A stretch of DNA of 11,347 nt from NCBI GenBank assembly GCA_000388065.2, contig KB932206.1; one strand, written 5' to 3'. Position numbers and translations under genes: made by a program. The notes under the pieces were generated by a model, which did no database searches, was not told the DNA's origin, and was given only the letters and a program-made list of their open reading frames with translations. Position 1 is the first letter of the stretch, and every line of letters starts with the position of its first letter. Shown here in pieces: positions 1 through 7,900 of this stretch. Source of the stretch: Fonticula alba ATCC 38817. Lineage: Eukaryota > Protista > Nucleariida.

Positions 1-29
1 TTGAGCGCGCCTTGGGAGGGATGTAGATC

Positions 30-58
30 GGGGGGGGGGGGGGGGGGGGGGGGGGGGG
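30..58. repeat. G29 homopolymer (poly-C on the sense strand of the myotubularin-like intron)
   Basis: Read directly; lies downstream of the GTGCGT donor at 75 on the minus strand. Confidence 0.9.
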
Positions 59-75
59 AGAAGAGGGCAACGCAC

Positions 76-494
76 AATCTCGATGGGCTCATTCAGACAC
101 TCCGAGGGACCGGTCGATCGGGGGAAGAACCACAGGCGAAAGTTGGTCAAAACCAGCTGGCCAACATCATGGTAGTCATCGCCCGGACGCCGGGCCGCGT
201 GGAAGTGGGGCGCCGGGGCCGGGGCCGTTGGTTTCGGGGGCGCTCCAAGCGGCAGGGCCACGCGACTGTGGATGCTCCGGACGACCAGCGGCTCGTGGGC
301 AATGATCCGCTCACCTAGTTGATGGCAAGGTTGGAGAGTGTGGAGCCGAGGCAAGTGGCGATGCCTGTGTCAGCCATCTGGTGGTGATAGGGAGATCTAA
401 AGGCAAGGGGAGAAAAGCCGGGCCAAGGAGCGCAATAGTACATACCATTGACAGAGGGCTCGTCACTGGCGATCAGGGGATCGAGGACGGCCAT
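76..494 (-). CDS. Myotubularin-related protein, N-terminal PH-GRAM region (3'-partial; exons 494-446 and 314-76; continues off the left edge; upstream exons possible)
   Basis: ATG at 494; donor GTATGT at 445, acceptor TAG at 315, donor GTGCGT at 75. The spliced product MAVLDPLIASDEPSVNGERIIAHEPLVV...DYHDVGQLVLTNFRLWFFPRSTGPSECLNEPIEI matches the myotubularin PH-GRAM pattern (GE-x-I...GxLxxTN[YF]RLxF). The phosphatase domain is not in the window. Confidence 0.7.
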
Positions 495-836
495 GGTGGG
501 GGTAGCTGGGTGCGCCGTTGCCCGCACGCAAGCCGCAAGGGAGGGGGGATGATGTGAAGAGGAAAGGCAAGCGAAAGGTGAGGGGGAAGGAGGGCAAAGA
601 GCAGGCCGGGCGAGAAGCAAAGCAGGGGGGGGGGAGGAAGTGAGGCAAGGGGACCAAAATATGACGATCTGATCCCGAGGCCGATGGCCCTTGAGAGAAA
701 GGGGGCCAGTAGGGGGGGGGGGGAATGTGACGAGGGGAGAAACACAAACATCAAAGGCGTTTCCTTGACGAATGTACTTCACGGATGGACGCCGGAGGGG
801 ACTGACCTGCTGGCTGTATGCCGATTTGTTATGATT

Positions 837-866
837 CCTCCAGGCCATTGCCGCCTGGCCTGGAGG
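837..866. repeat. Perfect 11-bp inverted repeat with 8-nt loop
   Basis: CCTCCAGGCCA (837-847) / TGGCCTGGAGG (856-866). Confidence 0.9.
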
Positions 867-1595
867 GGCGGGGGGAGGGGAGGGGGGAGCGCTGCAAGTC
901 GAGCAATCCCCTGGTCATCAAGCAGGCGGATGCGGAGCTGGGCGGGGGCCCTGGACATCAAGAAAAATACCTCAGCCCCGGGGACACAGGCGCCTCGCAG
1001 CCGAGCCGGCAGGGAGGGGGTCCGCATTGTTCATTGGCTGTTGTCGGCTCGATTGCCCCGCCAGGCTGGTGCTAGGCCATCATAAACCAGCAGGGACCGT
1101 CTGGACATGAAGAATCGAGCAATCACATGACTATCTCGCACACGGCGTCCAAATGCCATTTGGATCTTGCTCATCGCTGCTCCCTGTTCCCCCTTCCCTG
1201 CGAAGGACATCGAGCGGGGCGGGGCGGGGAGGGGGGGGGTCTGCCGTCTCGTGTTGCCCTTCTCCCCCTCGCGCGTGCGTACTTGGTCTCTGGTAAAATT
1301 TTCGAAGCACATCACTAACGGGGCGGGGGCCGGGGGAACATCGCCGCCGCCTTCTTCGGGGGGTGGTGGGTGAGTTCCGTGCAGGTCGCGGCGCCCATCC
1401 TCAGGACACGGGCGAAAATGTGTTTGCCCCTCTGTTCCAACGGGTTCGGCCGATCCCAAACCAGTCACACGCCCCCCGACCCCGGGCGGGGGCGGGTGTC
1501 AGACCCAACGGAGGGAGAAACCCCGGGCCGGCCCACTCGTGCACTTTGCATGTTCGGGCCGCCGCTCGCATGTGCGCGCTCCGGGGCCGCGAGAG

Positions 1596-1596
<1 letters not shown>

Positions 1597-1651
<55 letters not shown>
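1597..1651. repeat. G55 homopolymer
   Basis: Read directly. The exact length may be unreliable in the assembly. Confidence 0.85.
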
Positions 1652-1850
1652 CGGGAATGGGGCACAGCGTGCCGCGGCAAGGAGAGGGCCCTCGTCCTTG
1701 CCCAAACACGGGCCATCGTCGTTGTGCTTGCCCCTCGTCCGCCGGCTGAAGAGCCGCGGGCCTGGTCGCCCGCTGGGTGGACCAGCGCTCGACCAGAAGA
1801 GTTACAAGTTTCCTCCCCTCCCCTTGTCGCCTTTCTTCTTTCTTTCCACC

Positions 1851-2594
1851 ATGTCCCTTTTCGCTGCTACTCGCCAGGTCGTTGCCCGTCGCCCGGTTAC
1901 CGCCGGCCCGATGGTTGCTCGCCGCTTCATGGCCCACGGCCCGACCACCCCCCAGTCTGTTCGTTGCCACCACCACCACCATCACCCGCCACGCACCCGC
2001 CACATACACACGCACACGCCACATACACACGCACACGCACACGCACACACCTATATGCACGCGCACGATGATCCCCGTCTGCCTTGTTGCATCCGGTGCA
2101 GGTGCAGCTTCCTCCATTGGCCCTTTCCTTCTCGATGGTGGCAGTGGCCATGACGCCGGCAAGCCGGGCCTATGATTCCCTCGCCCTCCCAAAGCCGCTG
2201 TGTCTTGTTGCCAACGCCACCGGAGACTGGGAGGAGTGCAGTGTGCCGCCCTTCGGCCACATCCTGAGCCGCCCCGCGCGCACTCTCCCCGTGCATGGTC
2301 TCTCCTCCCTTCTTTCTCTTGGCAAGCACTCATACCCCATCTTCCCCCCCCCCTCTCTCTCTCCCCTCCCTCAGGCCGTGCCCTTCTGCTACGCCAACAA
2401 GTCCGCCTGGCGCATGAAGTTCCTTGCCTTTATGGCCCTCGGCTGGGGTATTCCCGTCTACACTGTCTACAAGGCCAAGTGCGCCGCCATTCTTGGTGTT
2501 TCACTTTTTCGCCCCCCCCCCCTCCCCCGCCCCTGGGCAACGTGTTACTAACTCTGCTTTTTTGTCCCCTTCTCTCCCCAGCTCTGGCGACTAA
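1851..2594 (+). CDS. COX7C: Cytochrome c oxidase subunit VIIc (yeast Cox8 family); exons 1851-1958, 2375-2478, 2582-2594; 74 aa
   Basis: Spliced product MSLFAATRQVVARRPVTAGPMVARRFMAHGPTTPQSAVPFCYANKSAWRMKFLAFMALGWGIPVYTVYKANSGD has an Arg-rich presequence, an H-GP...PF...NK motif and one TM helix ending G-W-G-I-P, as in COX7C/Cox8p. Donors GTTCGT and GTGCGC, CAG acceptors, TACTAAC branch point in intron 2, strongly biased codons. Confidence 0.85.
1967..2050 (+). repeat. CA-rich low-complexity tract with a 19-nt tandem duplication, in COX7C intron 1
   Basis: (CAC)n followed by CGCCACATACACACGCACA twice (1998-2016 and 2017-2035), then CGCACA repeats. Confidence 0.85.
2546..2552 (+). promoter_or_regulatory. 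Consensus branch point TACTAAC of COX7C intron 2
   Basis: Exact match, followed by a pyrimidine tract and the CAG acceptor at 2579-2581. Confidence 0.8.
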
Positions 2595-2955
2595 ACGCCC
2601 TCCTGCCTTGAAGAGGCGGCCAGGCTGTCTACCTGTGTCATAACTCCCCCGCCCTCTGCCATGGCCCGGCGCCAGTACATCACAACTGGTGAGGGACCCT
2701 GCCAGAGGGGGAGTTTTGGAGGGAGCGTCCTTCAACTGGGCGTCGGTACAACCTTTCGCCCGGCCTGTGTTGGCCTCCCGCACACAGACATCCACTGAGT
2801 GAGCCTTGAGTGTGGGGTGGTAGTAGTGGCGATATGACCCATCAACATCATCACCCCCCCTCGTCCCTCTGCCTTGGCTCCCGCGACCCACAGACACCTC
2901 ACAATACACATTCCAGCAAACATGTTCCCCTCACCCTCAAGCATATCGCTTTTGG

Positions 2956-2976
2956 CACACACACACACACACACAC
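2956..2976. repeat. (CA)10 microsatellite
   Basis: Read directly; lies between the convergent 3' ends of COX7C and the Alb1-like gene. Confidence 0.9.
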
Positions 2977-3032
2977 TCATCTGATTCTCGGGGAATATTG
3001 TACATTTCGTTCGGGGATCTAAACTGGAGGGG

Positions 3033-3053
3033 AGACAGAGACAGAGACAGAGT
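3033..3053. repeat. (GAGACA)3.5 tandem repeat
   Basis: Read directly; in the 3' flank of the Alb1-like gene. Confidence 0.8.
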
Positions 3054-3081
3054 GGAAGGCTCTCTCTAGGGGGGTGGGTGC

Positions 3082-3826
3082 TCACTCAGAGGCGGCCATG
3101 TCCTTGTCACCCGAGGGGGCAGCATCGGTGGCGGTAGTGGCTGAACCAGGGGCGGGTGCGCGTGTATGCATGCGGGGTTTTTTTTTTTCCAAATAAGAGG
3201 CCCCCGGAGGGGAGAGGAGACCACAACGGAAGGTGAGTGGATCAGCCACACGCGGCAGAGGGCGAGCGCCGCGAAATATGTGCACACGTCAAAACGCACA
3301 CTGGGCCTTCTTCTTCGAGGCAGCGCCATCGACATCCATGGCGGAGGCCTTCAGCGCGGCGGCGGCGCCCGCGAGCATCGCCTTGCGGACCTTGTCAGCC
3401 TCGGCGTTCTGAGAAGGGAGGGGGAGGGGGGGGGGGGTGATGATGATTAGAAAGCGGAAAGGCCAGGAGGAGTGGCAAGGGAGCGGTGCGGCCGGAAAGG
3501 GGCGGATCCAAATGAGCGGAAGGCGAACCTTGGCGGCAATACGCAGGCGGCGGGCGGCCTTACCACTGAGAGTGGTGTTGGCGTTCGGGTTGGAGATGGC
3601 CTGCGGGGGTGCACAGTTCACCAGGCAAAGGAGGTCAACAAGAGCTACACAAGGAAGAGCTTCGGCGGGCGAGAGGAAGGCCTTCCAGAGGGGGGGCCTT
3701 GCAGGTGGCAAGGCAACGTACCCGGCTGCGGGAAATGCCGCTCGAGTCCCGCTTCGCGTGGATGCGATCGCGGACAACCTTCTTGGGGTTGATGAACTTG
3801 GTGTTGGTGCGCAGACCACGACCCAT
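3082..3826 (-). CDS. Small basic Alb1/C11orf98-like pre-60S ribosome biogenesis factor; exons 3826-3722, 3600-3529, 3408-3300, 3140-3082; 114 aa
   Basis: Three GT-AG introns of 121, 120 and 159 nt (donors GTACGT, GTTCGC, GTGCGT) splice in frame to MGRGLRTNTKFINPKKVVRDRIHAKRDSSGISRSRAISNPNANTTLSGKAARRLRIAAKNAEADKVRKAMLAGAAAALKASAMDVDGAASKKKAQSTTATDAAPSGDKDMAASE. The AN-x-TLSGK-x2-R-[RK]-L and AMDVD motifs resemble C11orf98 and Alb1 as I recall them. The gene model is firm; the family call is less so. Confidence 0.7.
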
Positions 3827-4294
3827 TGTGACGGAGGTGAATACGGAGGAGGGGAGGAGGGGGGGGGGGAAGGAACCGAAGGAGGGAAAAGGAGGAGGGG
3901 AGGTCCGATGGTCAGGGGCGTAGGTGGGACAGGGCACACCTACACACGAGGGTCGGGCCTTTTGTCCCGTATTTGGGCCCTGCGGCGGGCACCGGACATA
4001 TGGTTTTTTGGGCGCGAGGGCCCCCCTCCCCCCGGCTCTTCGCACCTTGAAGGGGACGCGGGGCAGGCTGTGGGACATTCTTTGGCTGCGCACCGCCACC
4101 GACCGCGCGGGGTTTCTCGCGAGGACACACATGCCATTTCACCACGAACAGATCCCCCCCCCCCCCCCCCCCGTGCGACTCTCATGAGTCCCGGCACCCG
4201 TTCTCCCCCACCCCGGGGGGGGGGGGGGTCCGAGCACAAAAGGCGGGTGGGGCCCTGCCCGCATGGTCAAGCTGCGGCACGAGGGACCGGGTTC

Positions 4295-4300
4295 AAAAAA
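4295..4300 (-). terminator. RNA polymerase III terminator (T6) of tRNA-Thr
   Basis: The minus strand reads ...GAGCA TTC TTTTTT directly after the discriminator base. Confidence 0.85.
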
Positions 4301-4303
4301 GAA

Positions 4304-4375
4304 TGCTCATTGGGTGGATCGAACACCCGACCTCCAGTTTACTAGACTGGCGCTCTACCACTGAGCTAAACGAGC
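4304..4375 (-). tRNA. tRNA-Thr(AGT), intronless, 72 nt
   Basis: GCTCGTTTAGCTCAGTGGTAGAGCGCCAGTCTAGTAAACTGGAGGTCGGGTGTTCGATCCACCCAATGAGCA: acceptor stem GCTCGTT/AATGAGC, D arm GCTC/GAGC, anticodon arm CCAGT/ACTGG with loop CTAGTAA, T arm GGGTG-TTCGATC-CACCC, A and B boxes present. Confidence 0.97.
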
Positions 4376-4973
4376 CCATGATGTATATCCATCCCCTGGA
4401 GTGCTATATCATGGTTTCCGGAGTCTCCAAGATGAGCCCGACCGAACAGCCCCCACCACCCGGCGGTCGCCTCGCGTGCACATTTTTGCACGACAGGACG
4501 GATGCATTGGCCGTCCCCGACCGTGGCCAGTGCGCAACCGGGGCCAAGGGAAGGCATTCCGGGCGAGCCCTTGAGAGGGAGAAAGGTGTAGTTCTATGAT
4601 ACAAAGAAGAGGAGAGGGGACAGACGTGGAGGAAAGGGCGTCCGATGCTCTCGGGAGTGGCGTGTGTGCGCGCGCGCGCATGTGGGCTCAAACACACTCA
4701 CGGTCACCCCACGCGGGATTTCAGAGGAGATTTGCGCCGGTGCTTTTGTGCCGGCGCTCACAGACAAGGACCGAGGAGAAAAGGGGAAGGGGAGAAAGGA
4801 GGAAAGAGGAAGGTGGGATGCGCGCCGGAGAGCGAGAGATGCGCCCAGGAGGGAGAGAGAGAGAGAGAGACTCTCCTGCGGAGGATTGCCGCCTCTTCAT
4901 CAAAAGAGGGGGGGGGGGGAGGAAGGAAAGGGAGACTACTCCCCTCCATGGCGGCTCTCTCGGCTCATGCGGC

Positions 4974-7900
4974 TCACGAAGCCGGGGCCGGCAATGACCG
5001 CAAGGCATCCTGCTCAGGCGGCCCAAGGGGCGTCGACAGCAATGTCGCGATGGTACTATGCCCCTCGCGCCGGGCCAGGTCCACGGGGCTCAAGTCGCGA
5101 GCATTGAAGCCGGCCAGCTGTTCAGACCAGTAGCGCGCCCCGGCCCCGGGGATGTATTCGTTCGACCCGGAGTTCGGGCTCTCCAGGCTGGGGGCGGTCG
5201 CAGTATTGGGGGCGCCACTCCCATTGGCCGCGGCCAGCAGCAACGTCCGGCCGAGCTCCGTGCGCACCAGCAAGCAAGCCGCCAGGGCCAATGTCAGCGG
5301 TAGATTGCCCGTGGCCGCGGCCCAGTGAAGCGACGTATTTCCAAAACGATCACGCTCCAACGGATCGGCCGCCAGGCCAAGATGCGACAGATCGGATCGG
5401 AGCCCGGCACTGGCCAGGGCCCCGGCCAGATCCCGATGCAGCCCGGGACCCGGCGCAGAGATGGGATGCCGAGCCAGGGCCCCGGTCCAGCCGGCCACCG
5501 ACCGAAGCAGGGCAGTCAGCTCCGCCAAATACAGCGGGTTGCGCAGCCACTCCTGCAAGGGCTCGCCTCGACTTGGTGTCGCCAGGGTGTCCAGGTCCCC
5601 GGCAAAGCGCACGCTGTCAAGCTGAGCCACCGCCCGCAAGTAGGCCACCAGACCCGGAGGCAGGGGGGCCCGTAGAAGGAGCCCCGGGCGCAGAAGCAGC
5701 AGGGCAATGCCTGTATGGCCCATTTGAACGGCCGCCAACAGGGGAGTGCGCCCGGACCCGGCGTGCGATCGGCGGTTAAGATCAGGCGACCGCATCCGGG
5801 CCACCGCTGCACAGCGGAGATCCTCCGGCAGCAGGGCCGATGTCGACAGCAGCAGCAACGCCACCAGGGGCAGGGATCCCGTGAGACAGGCCACAAAGAG
5901 GGGAGTCTCGCCTGAAGGGGCGACGGGAGGAGGAGAGGGAGACGAAGGGTAAGAGGGGGAGAAGGGAAGACGGCCGGGTCGGTTTCGAGCTGCCAGACCC
6001 AGTGGGAGAGGGAGAGCCAGGCATCGGGGCAGGAGGGTGCCCTGAGAGGGCACACGCACCGGAGTTGTCGGCGATGTCGGCATTGGCACCCATGTCGAGC
6101 AAAATGGCTGCACACGCAAGGTGGCGCCCACGGCAAGCTGCCAGCAGGGGCGTCTCGCCAAAGTGCGGCCCATGTGCGGCGCCATCTAGGTGTGCAATGG
6201 GAGCCGGATATGCCTGCACAAGCAGGCGGACAATGTCCTCGAAGCCGGCCCGGGCAGCCAGGTGAAGGGCCATGTTACCCTGATGTACGGGGGCCAATGT
6301 TTGTGAGTACGACCGAAAAAGCGTCACACAGCCAGCGAAAAGACAAAGGGATGGGAAACGCACGGCCGCATCACGGCGGGCGAGGAATTGCTCATGGCTG
6401 GTGATCGGCCCAAGGGTGGGTCGATCGGACGATTGCCTGCTTCGAGGGGTTGCGAAAAGCCGGAGTGTTAAGCCGCGTGGAGGGGAGAGGGGGCAGGGCT
6501 CTTCATCGGGAGACATTCAAACGCACCCCAGTTGTGAAGAGAGGAGGATGATTTCCCGCACAGACTGCGTGTCGCCAGCCTCGCAGGCATAGTGAAGCAC
6601 AGTGCGGCCGGCAGTCGAGTCCAACAGCCAAAGGGCCCGTCCGCCAAGGGACGACCGAAGGTCTTCCATCAGTCGATGCACTGAGAGCAGGAAGGGATTC
6701 GACTGGCTGAGGGGCTGTGACGAGAAAGGGAGCAGGTTAATTTTCGTGCGCGCGGGGAAATTTCCGGAGGGGGAGGGGGAGGGAGGGGGCGGGGGCGGGA
6801 AGACAGGCAGAAGGACAGGGAAGAAAAGAACCCCCCCCCAGGGAGGCGGAAGGCGGGTGGAAAACGAACCGGCGGGGAAACCTCTCGGGCAACCGGCGGG
6901 ACCAGGGTGACAGGTGGTCTTGTAAGAGCCACCGAAGTCGGCAGGCGTCCTTGGAAATCGAAAATCCGGACATTCGCGCCTCCCTGAACCAGGCGCTCGG
7001 CCACCAGGGCGTGGCGCTCCATCGTGGCCAGGTGCAGGGGAGTCTCGCCGCGGATATTCTGACAATCCAACAGCGGCCCGAGACTCAGGAGGAATTGCAC
7101 GAGGTCCAGCTGGCCAAGCGCGGCCGCCCAATGCAGCGGGGCATTGCCATCGGCATCGGTGAAAAGCAGACTGCTCGGCCCGCAGAAGCGCACCAGCAGG
7201 ACCACCACCTCGAGCAGGCCATTTCGAATGGCCAGCATCAGGGCCGGCTCTTGACGGACGCCGCCCAGCCGAGCCACCAACTTGAAGAGAGCCGAGGACT
7301 GTGACGCCGGCCGCATGCGCGGGAACATGTCAAGACAGCGCTTCAGCCGGGCCGACAAGGGCCTGTCGACGGGTGGGTCGCGTGCGCCCCGTGAGCCGGA
7401 AGCCAAGGGCTCCGGCCCATCGGCCAACAGCGGCGGCTGACCGAGGGCAGCCTCAATCGGTCCCAGTAGCTGGTTCAGGTCCAGCAAAAGGGCCACCACC
7501 AGCGCGCGAGCCATCGGGCTGGCAGAGTATGTGCACGCAAAGTGCAGCGCACTCTCGCCCTGGGCCGTGACCAGGTGCCTATTCGCGCCATGCATGAGAA
7601 GAAGCCTGGTAGTGGGCGTGGAAAGGAAAAGAAAGAAAGAAGATAAGGGTTTAATGGTCAGCATTTGGGGATAATCGCANNNNNNNNNNNNNNNNNNNNN
7701 NNNNNNNNNNNNNNNNNNNNNNNNNNNNNNNNNNNNNNNNNNNNNNNNNNNNNNNNNNNNNNNNNNNNNNNNNNNNNNNNNNNNNNNNNNNNNNNNNNNN
7801 NNNNNNNNNNNNNNNNNNNNNNNNNNNNNNNNNNNNNNNNNNNNNNNNNNNNNNNNNNNNNNNNNNNNNNNNNNNNNNNNNNNNNNNNNNNNNNNNNNNN

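Noticed and set aside
2241-2262. Resemblance to the U6 5' stem-loop, and nearby GGAGACTGG resembling the U4 3' end
   Set aside because: No ACAGAGA box, no Sm site, and only short matches.
1401-2333. 310-aa minus ORF and overlapping plus ORFs with poly-Pro/poly-Gly/poly-His
   Set aside because: Translations of the G55 run and the CA repeats in stop-poor GC-rich DNA.
2595-2798. Open frame after the COX7C stop (in-frame ATG at 2661, 45 aa; possible readthrough)
   Set aside because: TAA-A is a poor readthrough context, the peptide has no recognisable features, and 67 open codons is unremarkable at this GC content.
2848-2854. Perfect box C (GTGATGA) on the minus strand; another on the plus strand near 3436
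   Set aside because: No suitably placed CTGA or terminal stem. ATCATCACCCC recurs as low-complexity pyrimidine-tract sequence.
3437-4345. 302-aa plus-strand ORF
   Set aside because: Antisense to the Alb1-like gene and the tRNA; Gly/Arg low complexity; no plus-strand splice support.
6280-6363. Stop-free 3n introns (84 nt here; 99 nt at 10257-10355) as retained-intron isoforms
   Set aside because: Expected by chance in short GC-rich introns. Retention here would break an ANK hairpin.
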